Assembly (NCBI GenBank): GCA_963769935.1
Contig: CAVYNY010000018.1
Location: 32,001-96,000 of the forward strand
Origin: an uncultured delta proteobacterium
Lineage (GTDB): Bacteria > Desulfobacterota > Desulfobacteria > Desulfobacterales > JAFDCJ01
Reading direction: 5' to 3'
DNA length: 64,000 bases
A program made the position numbers and the translations under genes. Shown piece by piece: positions 1 through 9,709 of this stretch. Positions within the stretch are counted from its first letter, which is position 1. Each line of letters starts with the position of its first letter. The notes under the pieces are model-generated. The model worked only from the letters and a program-made list of their open reading frames with translations, was not told the origin of the DNA and ran no database searches.

Positions 1-1171
1 GGCGCTCATGGCACGCAATGCCAAGACGCTCTGGGAGGCAGACTGGAGAGACCTGGCGGAGATCAACGCCATGCAGCAGGCCGCTTTGAGCTCGCCGCAC
101 CTCGAGCTTTCTTTGGATTTGTATCGCAAGGGGTTCGTTGAAGACCGCAACCATTTTTACTCGGGCCTCAACGCTCTGGCCATGGTGACCTTCATGACGG
201 AGTTGGCAGCCGCTCAACCGCAGACCTGGGAGGACGACTTCGATTCCGAGGATGATGCCGCCCTCAAACTTCGCAAGCTGGAGGAGCTGCGCTCCGATCT
301 GGCCGCCGGGGTCAAGCTCAGCATCGAATCCAAACAAATTGCCTTGGCCCGTGAGGATCAAAACGACATCTGGGCTGAAATCAGTGCCGCGGACCTGATT
401 ATGCTTACTTCCACGAAGCCCAATCGCGTTGGCCGGGCCTACAAGAAGGCCCTATCCGACGCTCCCGACTTCGCCTGCGATTCGGCGCGCAAACAGCTCC
501 TGCTTTATCAACGTCTGGGAATTCTTGCCGAAAATACTCAGGCGGCCCTCGCCAACATTCAGATGACGGCGCAAAAGGAAGAAGCACCGGCGGCGCCGCG
601 CGTGATCCTGTTTACGGGGCACCGCATCGATGCACCCGGCAGGCAGAAGCCTCGCTTCCCGGCCGCTAAGGAGAATCAGGCCCGATCCATGATTCTGGAG
701 GCCGTATCCCGGGAGAAAGACAAGACGCCGGGTAAACTGCTCGGTATTTCCGGCGCTGCATCCGGCGGAGACATTCTCTTCCATGAAATCTGCGAAGAAC
801 TGGAGATTCCGAGTCAGATGTATCTGGTGCTGCCGAAAATCGAGTACATCAAAGCCTCGGTTGCCGACAACGGCCCCGGCTGGGTGGAGCGGTTCAAGCG
901 CCTGTTCGAACAGAAGCCGCCCGAGATCCTGTCCGACTCCGGCGAGCTGCCGCGCTGGCTGCGCGCCAAAACAGGCTACAGCATCTGGCAGCGCTCCAAT
1001 CTGTGGATGCTCCACAGCGCCCTGGCGATCTCAAATGACAACCTGACGCTGATTGCACTCTGGAACGGCGAGGTGGGCGACGGCCCGGGGGGCACGGAGG
1101 ATATGGTCGCGCGCGCGCAGGACCGGGGCGCAACCTTCATCCATCTCGACACCCGCAAGCTCCTTGAATGA
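1..1171 (+). CDS. TPR-repeat (TPR-S/DUF4071-like) protein with C-terminal SLOG-like domain; 5' end outside the window
   Basis: Frame open from the window start. Helical region has the Y-x-x-G...Y-S-G-L-N-A motif. C-terminal LFTGHRID...GAASGGD...LWNG..GDGPGGT pattern is typical of SLOG/YpsA-like folds. Confidence 0.65.
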   Translation, partial: ALMARNAKTLWEADWRDLAEINAMQQAALSSPHLELSLDLYRKGFVEDRNHFYSGLNALAMVTFMTELAAAQPQTWEDDFDSEDDAALKLRKLEELRSDLAAGVKLSIESKQIALAREDQNDIWAEISAADLIMLTSTKPNRVGRAYKKALSDAPDFACDSARKQLLLYQRLGILAENTQAALANIQMTAQKEEAPAAPRVILFTGHRIDAPGRQKPRFPAAKENQARSMILEAVSREKDKTPGKLLGISGAASGGDILFHEICEELEIPSQMYLVLPKIEYIKASVADNGPGWVERFKRLFEQKPPEILSDSGELPRWLRAKTGYSIWQRSNLWMLHSALAISNDNLTLIALWNGEVGDGPGGTEDMVARAQDRGATFIHLDTRKLLE

Positions 1172-1406
1172 ACCAGCCAGGAAAGGTTCGGAAACATTTT
1201 GATCAGGTTTCTCACAGAGCCCGCAGAGGACACGGAGTTCGATGCTCGTTGTGAACTCGGCGTTTTGACCCAATTCAGCGTCGACCCCGGCCGTTGCGTA
1301 AGCGTCACGTTAAGAAATTTGTATTTCGACACTTACCGCCTTATTCGCATGTTGACAATGGACCTCTGACAGATTGAGTTTGCAACTTTGCTAAAAGGCT
1401 GCATTT

Positions 1407-2063
1407 ATGTACGAACGCATCGATCAATTTCAGACGGCGGCCTTAAACTGCGGTGCGGACTATTACACCGATGGGTCGCTGCACCAGGACAAGATAGAAG
1501 CCGCCTTCAGGATTTATCGCAACGCGCGGGCCGGAACCAAGCTATCCGACTTGGAGGGAAATCCGGTCGATTTCGGCATCACGATCGTCGGACGACTGGC
1601 GCTGAGAGCAGACGACGGTACGTGGGTCAGCGCGAACGAGAACTTCCCCAGCATCGATGAGATCATGCGGGAAAACCTGAAGGTCATGGATGAGGATTCC
1701 GATGACAGCGGCAGCATCCTGAGTGCCGATCTCTGGTCTTTGCTGGCGAATGACGCCTGGGTGCTGGGCGGAATCCACGCCCGCACCGAGTTTCATTTTG
1801 CGTCACCCTTGCGGTGGGAAAATCTGTGGGACGAACGCGGCAGCCGGATGACGGTCACGGCCCGCGAGGTGATCGGCATCACCGCTTTCGGTTATGGCAT
1901 CAGCCGACCGGTCCCGAAACTCGAGGCGGTTGCGCAGTGCACCGACGGGAAAAAAGCCGCGGCAGCTTCCCTGCCGGCCTATAAAAAAGAAGTTCAGAAG
2001 TATCGAACGATCGACACTTTCCGAAAATTCTACCAAACGATTCCAAATTCTGCCAGACAGTAA
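1407..2063 (+). CDS. hypothetical protein
   Basis: 218-aa ATG ORF, co-directional with its neighbours; ends 27 bp before the patatin start. Confidence 0.7.
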   Translation: MYERIDQFQTAALNCGADYYTDGSLHQDKIEAAFRIYRNARAGTKLSDLEGNPVDFGITIVGRLALRADDGTWVSANENFPSIDEIMRENLKVMDEDSDDSGSILSADLWSLLANDAWVLGGIHARTEFHFASPLRWENLWDERGSRMTVTAREVIGITAFGYGISRPVPKLEAVAQCTDGKKAAAASLPAYKKEVQKYRTIDTFRKFYQTIPNSARQ

Positions 2064-2090
2064 GGTAAATCATCAGAAGGGAGGTTGACC

Positions 2091-4733
2091 ATGGCAGACA
2101 AAGCATTGCATCAGGAAAGCGATCTTGTCGCGCAAGCCAGGGATATCCTGCGCAAGAAGGCTCCCAAGCCCCAAGACAAGGATATTCTCGATCTCATCAG
2201 GGGCTTGAAGAGGGAAGAAGCCTTCGGATACGCCCGGAAGCTGCTCGAGCTGGCGCGTGCGTCTTTCAATCAGGAGACCGACGCGCAGTTAATGCTCAAA
2301 TTCGCCCAGGAGCAGGCCCTGTGCACGTATAAGGACCCGGATTTGCCGGTCAGCGACCGGTTGGATCGGGCTTTGCGGATTCTGGATGCGGCCGATGCCC
2401 TGGCAGAAACCAAAAGCCAGGAAAGTCTGGGTCTGGCCGGCGCCATTTTCAAACGCAAATGGGAGGTCGGCGGCCGGAAGATCCACCTGGAGCGCTCATT
2501 GTACTACTACCTGCGCGGGTATCAACAAGGGCCGGCCGGCGACCTGGGCTACACGGGCATCAATGCCGCCTATGCCCTGGACCAACTGGCCGGTCTCGAA
2601 GCCGGACAAGCTCAAAGTGCCGGCATGCCTTCGGATGTGGCCGACGAGCGGCGGACGCAGGCCAAGGACATCCGCGCGACGCTGGCGGATGCCTTACCCG
2701 GTCTTGCCGACCAGGATAACAGTTTGAACCGCAACTACTGGTTTCTGAGCACAGTTGCCGAGGCCTTCTTCGGTTTGCGGGAGTATGACAAGGCCGGTGA
2801 ATGGCTTAAAAAGGCCGCTGCCCTTCCCGATATTGCTTCGTGGGAATTGGAATCCACTGCGCGGCAGCTGGCGTCTCTCGCTCGGCTTCAATCGCAGGAT
2901 GATCTGCAAAAGGTAGAAGCCGGGGCCTGGAAAGTCCTGGAGGAATTTCTGGGAAATCGGGTTCAAGGCGTACGCACGGCATTTCTGGGCAAAGTGGGGT
3001 TGGCGCTTTCGGGCGGCGGTTTCCGGGCTTCGCTGTTCCACATCGGCTTGCTCGCCAAACTGGCTGAACTGGATATGCTGCGTCATGTCGAGGTGATCTC
3101 CTGTGTGTCCGGAGGCTCCATTATCGGTGCCCACTACTATCTGAAAGTGCGGGATCTATTCAAGCGCAAAGGGGATGCGCAGATAGACCGCAATGATTAT
3201 GTCCGCATCGTGCAGGAGACCTGCGGGGAGTTTCTCGCAGGTGTACAGACAAACATCCGCACGCGGGTGGCGGCCGAGTTCCTGACCAACCTCAAAATGA
3301 TTTTCCTGCCCAACTATTCCCGCACGATGCGTGCCGGCGAACTCTACGAGGAGAAGATCTACGCGAATGTAAAAGACGGTGAAGAGACCCGGCCGCGCTG
3401 GTTGAATGATCTGTATATCCAGCCCGCAGACGAGGGAGAGCGGTTTGTTCCCAAGCACGACAACTGGCGGCGGAGGACCAAAGTACCGATCCTGATTCTC
3501 AATACCACCGCGCTCAACACGGGGCATAACTGGCAGTTTACCGCGTCATGGATGGGGGAGCCGCCGTCGAGCATCGACACGGCCATCGATGCCAACTACC
3601 GTTTGCGGCGGATGTACTATGGAGATGCCCCGGAGCCTTACAACAGGATTCGGCTGGGTCATGCCGTGGCTGCTTCGGCCTGCGTACCCGGACTATTCGA
3701 ACCCATTGTGCTGCCACACCTGTATGAAAGAATAGTCGATGCGGATTCGGGGAAAAAAGTCGATCCCCAAGACGCAAAGAAGGCCATAACCGTCCGATTG
3801 GTGGACGGGGGGGTTCATGACAATCAGGGCATTATGAGTCTGCTGGAACAGGACTGCAACGCGGTGATTGTCAGCGACGCCAGTGGGCAGATGGACAATG
3901 ATGATAATCCCAGCAAAGGTGTTCTGGGGGTTCCGCTGCGTTCCAACAGCATTTTAATGGCCCGGGTGCGGGAGGCCGAATACCGCGAGCTGGAAGCCCG
4001 CCGCCAGTCGGGCGTACTGCGGAATCTGATGTTTATTCACCTCAAGAAAGATCTGGCAGTCAAACCGGTCGACTGGATCGGATGTGAAGATCCGTCGGAT
4101 TTCGACCAAGACCGGCGCTCCACCAATGGGAAAGATGAAACGGACTACGGTATCCTGAAAGCGGTTCAGGAGAGGCTGGCCGCCATCCGAACGGACCTGG
4201 ATTCGTTTTGCGATACCGAGGCCTTCGCACTGATGACCAGCGGCTACCGCATGGCGGAGCACGAAATCCAAAAGCAATTCGCCGATTTCCCGCTGTCGAC
4301 CGACGATCCGCCGCAGTGGGAATTCCTGGCGGTGGAAGAATCCATGAAGTATCCGCCCAAGTCGGAGCGCCTGTTGAAATTGCTGAACGTCTGCAGCCAG
4401 CAGGCATTTAAAATCTGGCGGCTGAGCACTCCCCTGAAAATCACCGGCTGGGTGCTGGGAATTCTGGCCTTGATTTTTCTGCTGTGGGCCTGCTGGAAAT
4501 GGGATTCGGTTGCATTGATTACACTGGGGACCATCGGCACGGCAGTTGCCGCAATGATTGCGGGGGCCTTTGTCGGCAAAACCGTCATGCGCGTGGTGCG
4601 CTATCGTGATACGCTGGCCGAGATCGCCTTCGGTGTCGCCATGTCGCTGGTGGGCTGGATTCTGGCCCGAATTCACCTGCATATCTTTGATAAGTGGTAT
4701 CTGCGAGCCGGACGGGTGAAGAAAGAGGGTTAG
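2091..4733 (+). CDS. patatin-like phospholipase with N-terminal TPR region and C-terminal transmembrane helices
   Basis: LALSGGGFRA glycine loop, CVSGGS nucleophile, LVDGGVHDN catalytic Asp; hydrophobic C-terminus; GGAGGT RBS before ATG 2091. Confidence 0.9.
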   Translation: MADKALHQESDLVAQARDILRKKAPKPQDKDILDLIRGLKREEAFGYARKLLELARASFNQETDAQLMLKFAQEQALCTYKDPDLPVSDRLDRALRILDAADALAETKSQESLGLAGAIFKRKWEVGGRKIHLERSLYYYLRGYQQGPAGDLGYTGINAAYALDQLAGLEAGQAQSAGMPSDVADERRTQAKDIRATLADALPGLADQDNSLNRNYWFLSTVAEAFFGLREYDKAGEWLKKAAALPDIASWELESTARQLASLARLQSQDDLQKVEAGAWKVLEEFLGNRVQGVRTAFLGKVGLALSGGGFRASLFHIGLLAKLAELDMLRHVEVISCVSGGSIIGAHYYLKVRDLFKRKGDAQIDRNDYVRIVQETCGEFLAGVQTNIRTRVAAEFLTNLKMIFLPNYSRTMRAGELYEEKIYANVKDGEETRPRWLNDLYIQPADEGERFVPKHDNWRRRTKVPILILNTTALNTGHNWQFTASWMGEPPSSIDTAIDANYRLRRMYYGDAPEPYNRIRLGHAVAASACVPGLFEPIVLPHLYERIVDADSGKKVDPQDAKKAITVRLVDGGVHDNQGIMSLLEQDCNAVIVSDASGQMDNDDNPSKGVLGVPLRSNSILMARVREAEYRELEARRQSGVLRNLMFIHLKKDLAVKPVDWIGCEDPSDFDQDRRSTNGKDETDYGILKAVQERLAAIRTDLDSFCDTEAFALMTSGYRMAEHEIQKQFADFPLSTDDPPQWEFLAVEESMKYPPKSERLLKLLNVCSQQAFKIWRLSTPLKITGWVLGILALIFLLWACWKWDSVALITLGTIGTAVAAMIAGAFVGKTVMRVVRYRDTLAEIAFGVAMSLVGWILARIHLHIFDKWYLRAGRVKKEG

Positions 4734-4888
4734 AGGGTGAGAAGGTAAGAGGGTAGGAAGATGGGAAGCTGAGCGGGTGGAAAGTAATAGAAGGAAGTTG
4801 GGAAGCGGGGAAGTTGAGAGGTTGAGAAAATCAGAAGGCAAGAAGATAAGAAGATTAGAAGCTGAGAAGGTAAGGAAGTTAGGTAGTT
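4734..4888 (+). repeat. purine-rich degenerate ~8-bp tandem repeat (AGAAGGTT/GGAAGTTG-like)
   Basis: Visible periodic A/G-rich units such as agaagata agaagatt agaagctg agaaggta. Confidence 0.75.
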
Positions 4889-4958
4889 TAAAAAAGGTAC
4901 CCGGATTCATAAGTCAAAATTCAGGCTGTAAATCTTCAAAAGGAAGGGAGCAAATAAG

Positions 4959-5618
4959 ATGGCATCCGGTAACAATGGCCCTAAGTTTGTTCCGGAAACT
5001 GCGCTGATTGCGCTTTTGCCGGCGTTCAGCGATTATACCTACGATCTGCAGGAGCCTCACTATCCTTATAAGATTCCCGGCATCTCGAGCTCGCTGGTGG
5101 AACCGCCCAAGGCCAACAACTGCTGCACCTTTGTTGAAGCGCTGCTGGTTAAGGCCTGGCTGGATGTTCATGGCGACAACTTCAGCTGGACGTCCACCAA
5201 TCACAGTCAGATGATGATCATGATGCCGGGCGATCTGTTTTCACCGGTGAGCGCCGTCATTGAAACCGGAATGGGGGTTGAAGTCCCCGACAAAAACGAA
5301 CTACCCGCACCCTGGACCCTCATTCAGGGATGGCGCAGCCTGGATCCGCCGAACGGAGGCCACACCTTTTTGATTCTCGACGTGCATCCAGACACCGGGC
5401 GGATTTTAACGCTTGAGTCCAATAAGGCCTTTGACATGGACGGCCCGGGTTGTCGCCGGCATGGTGATCTGGATGATTTCCCGAACCAGCATCCGGGAAG
5501 CAACTGGCATACCAATGACAAACTCTGGACGTGGCAGAGGTTTCTTGATTTCTACCGGCACATGAAGCTGGCCAAGCTCAACGTCGAAGATGTTAAGTGG
5601 GTGGCGTCCGGCGGCTGA
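4959..5618 (+). CDS. hypothetical protein, possible papain/NlpC-P60-like Cys-His hydrolase
   Basis: GGAG RBS; NNCCTFVE ... GGHTFLI ... LESN spacing resembles a Cys-His catalytic arrangement. Confidence 0.55.
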   Translation: MASGNNGPKFVPETALIALLPAFSDYTYDLQEPHYPYKIPGISSSLVEPPKANNCCTFVEALLVKAWLDVHGDNFSWTSTNHSQMMIMMPGDLFSPVSAVIETGMGVEVPDKNELPAPWTLIQGWRSLDPPNGGHTFLILDVHPDTGRILTLESNKAFDMDGPGCRRHGDLDDFPNQHPGSNWHTNDKLWTWQRFLDFYRHMKLAKLNVEDVKWVASGG

Positions 5619-5703
5619 GAAAACGGACGCTTTAGTGGGTAAAATTGCCGTCGCCGGACAGGCCTTGCGGGTAGGGCCGGCAGTTCGCTTGAACAAATGC
5701 AGG

Positions 5704-6777
5704 TCAGCCAGCGGCGTCTGTTTCTTTCATCAATTGGGCCATCAGATCAAAGCTTTCTGTCAGATGCCATTTTTGCGCAACCAGATGACGGCAAATCCGG
5801 CGGCGGACCCAGCGCGGCAGTCCACTTTTCATTTTTATATTCCATTTAAGATGCGTGCCTTTGGTTGTGGGTTCAAGCTCGCTGGTAATCAATAGGTTAA
5901 GAAAACCTTTGCTGAGATTAACAGTGTAGTAATCAAAGGGACGCCAGTCCAGAATTTTCTCGAGAATATTACTATTTGAGCAGTGATTCTGAGCAGCGGG
6001 ACCGGTGCGTCCGCTGGGGCGTTCCACCTCCTCCCAGGCTGAACCTTTCATCCAGAGGGTTCGCTTATGCGGATCACTCAACCAGTCCCACACCACTGCG
6101 GGCGAAACAGAAAATTCATGCGCAACGCTGGCGTCTGCTGCTTCGGACGGCAGAAATACCCGACGTTCCTCTAATAATTGCCGGTAATGCTCATCCAGGT
6201 TGATGCTGCTGGTATTTATTTCGCCTACATGCTCATAAGATTCCTGTGACGTGTGCATCCCGATCGGTTGGATGCCCATTTTTTCAAGACTCTTTTGCGA
6301 GAATAAGGCGTATCCACTCCAACCGGTTGTTTTGCCGACACTGTTTTTGAGAAGCCGGTGAACCGCATTGACAGAGGACCCGACGGGTTTGGTTTTGCCG
6401 CCCACATCCTGTAAAATGTAATCGCCGTAATGAGTTATAAACTTCAGGTCGAGTTTGACGATCGATTGACAGGCTTTGCAGGGACAGGTCGCATTGTGCT
6501 CCATGGTCCGCTGACGATCCCGAAACGCCGCGTAAGTGGCCTCAATGATTTCAAGCAGCAATTCGCCGCGCGAGATTTTGGGCGCAGAGGCATACGCAAA
6601 CACCGCATCTCCTTCAACCTCCGCCAGATCCATGGTGGGTGTGAAGTGCCCGATAATAAGCTCGATAATATTGCGCAGGATATTTGAACTGTGCGTGATC
6701 TCGGTATCCTCCATGAATGAGGTAAAACCGGAGATATCCGCCAGAACGACATAACCATTTTGAACTTGAGTATCCAT
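5704..6777 (-). CDS. DUF2652 (nucleotide-cyclase-like) + SRPBCC domain protein
   Basis: LADISGFT and EVEGDA motifs, CPCKAC; C-terminal VVWDWLSDP..R..W START/SRPBCC pattern; ATG 6777. Confidence 0.75.
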   Translation of the reverse strand: MDTQVQNGYVVLADISGFTSFMEDTEITHSSNILRNIIELIIGHFTPTMDLAEVEGDAVFAYASAPKISRGELLLEIIEATYAAFRDRQRTMEHNATCPCKACQSIVKLDLKFITHYGDYILQDVGGKTKPVGSSVNAVHRLLKNSVGKTTGWSGYALFSQKSLEKMGIQPIGMHTSQESYEHVGEINTSSINLDEHYRQLLEERRVFLPSEAADASVAHEFSVSPAVVWDWLSDPHKRTLWMKGSAWEEVERPSGRTGPAAQNHCSNSNILEKILDWRPFDYYTVNLSKGFLNLLITSELEPTTKGTHLKWNIKMKSGLPRWVRRRICRHLVAQKWHLTESFDLMAQLMKETDAAG

Positions 6778-6914
6778 TGACGTTTCCTTCCCGGTATATT
6801 TCCTAAAGTAAGGCTGGCAAGCTGACTTGCAACACAAGCTGGTTCGCTTCGCTCCCAATTGGAAGGTTTCTTCAATTTCCACCGTACCCTATAAAATCCT
6901 GAATGTGCTATTCT

Positions 6915-7491
6915 TTAAGGTGGATTAATAAACAATGCCGTCCGGCTAAGCCTGATTTTTGGCCTATCGCAGTATCGCAAGCCGGTGTCCTGAGCTATTT
7001 TAATTGTTTTATCAAGCTCTTCAGCAGTTACATGCATGTTAGGCTCGGCAATTAAAATCTTGCCTTTAGCTGTCAGATTCGACCGCAACTGCAGAAAAAA
7101 GTGATTTTTATCGCGCACCTCGTGGACCATCCAAAAAGCCAGAATAAAATCGGCCGGCTCTATCACCCCCGATCATGTCCGCTTCACCGCGAAGGGGAAA
7201 AATCCTGTCCGCCACTCCGGCCCGCCTGGCACGCGTGAACATAATATCCAACATCTTTTGCTGAAGATCTACCGCAATGACTTTCCCGCTTGCACCGACC
7301 AATCTTGCCATGCCGATTGAAAAGTAGCCCATGCCGCAGCCGACATCGATAACGGTCATTCCTTTTTTGACCAGGTCACTAAATATTTTGTCGGGGTTAT
7401 GAATTAGTTTGCGGAGCGGGTTGTCGAACGTATAAGCCACCCACCAGGGGCATACATGATGAGGCGGGGAGGATAATTGGGTTTGCGCCAT
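6915..7491 (-). pseudogene. class I SAM-dependent methyltransferase, frameshifted near 7166-7170
   Basis: DVGCGMG motif in 7108..7491, continued (DFILAFWMVHEV) in 6915..7166; removing one G from a G5 run fuses the frames. Confidence 0.75.
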
Positions 7492-7527
7492 CGTGGCCGA
7501 TGACCTCCTTGCGAAATTGGTGATGTT

Positions 7528-8163
7528 TTACAGCCGGGTAAATGGATTGGTATCTTTTTCCAGCTGTACCGTCGAAGACGGCGACGGCCCGTAATCGTGC
7601 CCGGGCCAGACAATGGTAGGGGCAGGCAGCGCGTAGATCTTTTCATGAATGGAGTCGATCAGCTGCTGATGGGATCCGCCGGGCAGATCGGTTCTGCCGA
7701 CGGCCCCGACAAACAACGTGTCTCCGGTAAAAATATGGCCGTCGGTGTAAAGGCATATACTTCCCGGCGTGTGTCCGGGGGTATGAAGCACAGTTAAGCG
7801 GACTTCTCCGATTGGGATGATATCATTGTCCTGCAGCATTACCTCGGCACGCGGAGAGCCTTTACCGCCAAGAATCCTGGAAAAGGTACTGTGCAAAACC
7901 TTGCCCAAACGCCCGGCGTCCGCGGCATGGATAAGAAGTTTGGCGCCGGTGGCCGATTTTACGGCCGAATTGCCGGCGGTGTGGTCCGAATGGCCGTGGG
8001 TGTTGATGATATGGGTAGCCTTGCATCCCAGACTATCGGCCTCAGCCAGAATCCGGTCGGTTTCAAACGCCGGATCCACCAAAGCACAGGTTTTTGTGCT
8101 TTCATCTCCGATCAGGTAACAAAAGCCTGCCATCTTCTTCAGTCTAATCTGCCTCAGTATCAT
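7528..8163 (-). CDS. MBL-fold metallo-hydrolase (glyoxalase II family)
   Basis: THGHSDH, HTPGHTPG, GDTLF and PGHDY motifs. Confidence 0.9.
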   Translation of the reverse strand: MILRQIRLKKMAGFCYLIGDESTKTCALVDPAFETDRILAEADSLGCKATHIINTHGHSDHTAGNSAVKSATGAKLLIHAADAGRLGKVLHSTFSRILGGKGSPRAEVMLQDNDIIPIGEVRLTVLHTPGHTPGSICLYTDGHIFTGDTLFVGAVGRTDLPGGSHQQLIDSIHEKIYALPAPTIVWPGHDYGPSPSSTVQLEKDTNPFTRL

Positions 8164-8401
8164 TTTTCCCCACTTGTTTTTAGGATCCTAGGCATAAAAC
8201 CGTCCTGCCGCTTTTTCATTACGTGAGATACTTATCTCATGAATCGGTATATTTCTCAATGGAATAGGAGCCAAACCAAATGTTCCAAAAACTTCGCCTG
8301 ATTTATTGACATTTGTGCTGATGCGGCTTACGTTTACGGCAATCATCATGGCCGGACGAAATATGCGGCCGGGGCTGCCTACCTCAAATCGGAGATAATA
8401 A

Positions 8402-9076
8402 ATGTTTGAAACCAGAGAGCAAGTTCTGGAGCGGATTCTGGAACAGAAAAAACCCCGTTGCCCACACTGCGGCGAAGAAATGAATCTGTGGGAGGTCCCA
8501 CCGATCACCGTCGGGGATGGCCTTGGATGGGGAACACCATATCTTTATTTATGTTTCAACGACGATTGCCAGCTTTACAAACAGGGCTGGGACCATATGA
8601 AAAAAAACTATGCCCATACCGCCTCCTATCGCTGCATGAATTATCCGGGTACCGAGCAATTTGAGCTGATCCCGGTTTTCAGCAATCAGGGCGGCCGGGG
8701 GCAAATTGTTGATGAACAGCTGATGGCCGAACAGGAGGCGATCAAAGAAGCCATTAAAATCGGGTTTGCCATGCTGGCGGAATGTTATGTCAGAAAAGAC
8801 GGGCCGGCCGTACTTACGATTCTGATGGATCCGTCGCATCCGAATCGGGTCCGAAAAAAAGCCGCCGAAATGATCGGGGACATCGGCGAGGTGGAGGCCG
8901 TTGAGCCGCTGCGAAATGCAAGGTTCGGCAATGATCTGGTTCAAAAAGAGGTCGATGCCGCCATAACCAAAATACATAAAAGACACTTTACCCGTGAGTG
9001 CCCGTATTGTGCGGAGATTATTAAACGGCGGGCCAAAGTTTGCAAACATTGCGGCAAAGAGGTGGGCGGGCAGTAA
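8402..9076 (+). CDS. zinc-ribbon and HEAT-repeat protein
   Basis: CPHC, CPYC..CKHC zinc ligands; HEAT-like VRKKAAEMIGDIG. Confidence 0.75.
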   Translation: MFETREQVLERILEQKKPRCPHCGEEMNLWEVPPITVGDGLGWGTPYLYLCFNDDCQLYKQGWDHMKKNYAHTASYRCMNYPGTEQFELIPVFSNQGGRGQIVDEQLMAEQEAIKEAIKIGFAMLAECYVRKDGPAVLTILMDPSHPNRVRKKAAEMIGDIGEVEAVEPLRNARFGNDLVQKEVDAAITKIHKRHFTRECPYCAEIIKRRAKVCKHCGKEVGGQ

Positions 9077-9230
9077 CCCCACGATCGCTGCACAAAAAGA
9101 GTGCTTGGATTGTCACAGATCCCGCCGGCTTCCACCGGAAGGAGCGTTCACCTCTTGGCGTATCCGTTTCCGGTGAACAATCGGAATTCAAAGGTGCTCT
9201 GATAAATATTTATAAAGCACCTGAAACGTC

Positions 9231-9275
9231 TTGACAGGGGAATAAAACTTAACTAAATATTCGATATATGTCGAA
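9231..9275 (+). promoter_or_regulatory. sigma70 promoter with probable ArsR operator
   Basis: TTGACA (9231), 17 bp, TAAATA; palindrome TTCGA-N6-TCGAA (9260-9275) overlaps the arsR start codon. Confidence 0.6.
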
Positions 9276-9591
9276 CAATCGTGCTAATAATATCGAAAAG
9301 TATTCTGAAATGTTCAAGGCCCTTTCAAACCCGAATCGGCTGAGAATATTTATGCGGCTGATCACCTGCTGCCAGCCGGGTACGGTTGCCAGCATCAGCA
9401 GCAATTCCGGGGAAGAGGGATGTGCCTGTGTCGGCGAGCTCGGACAGGATTTAGGAATCGTGGCTTCCACAATATCCCATCATATAAAAGAGCTGCGCCG
9501 GGCCGGTCTCATCCGCATGGAACGGCGGGGGCAAAAAGTGGAATGCTGGGTTGATCCGGAGACGTTGACCGCCTTGCGCGGATTTTTTTAA
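9268..9591 (+). CDS. arsR: ArsR/SmtB family transcriptional repressor
   Basis: FKALSNPNRLRI, CVGEL, STISHHIKELRRAGLI; directly upstream of arsM. Confidence 0.85.
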   Translation: MSNNRANNIEKYSEMFKALSNPNRLRIFMRLITCCQPGTVASISSNSGEEGCACVGELGQDLGIVASTISHHIKELRRAGLIRMERRGQKVECWVDPETLTALRGFF

Positions 9592-9709
9592 CATCTGAAT
9601 TTTGCACGCATACAAGCGACAGTAATATTGAGACTCTCTTCAATTTTCAAAGAACAGTTCCCAACTCTGGATACGCTTTTTTTAGGGCGGAGTAATTAGG
9701 GAGAAAAAA

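Noticed and set aside
4734..4888. Possible CRISPR array or coding repeat (ORFs 3954..4910, 4777..5007)
   Set aside because: Units are ~8 bp and degenerate with no spacers; the ORFs are low-complexity read-through or antisense to the patatin
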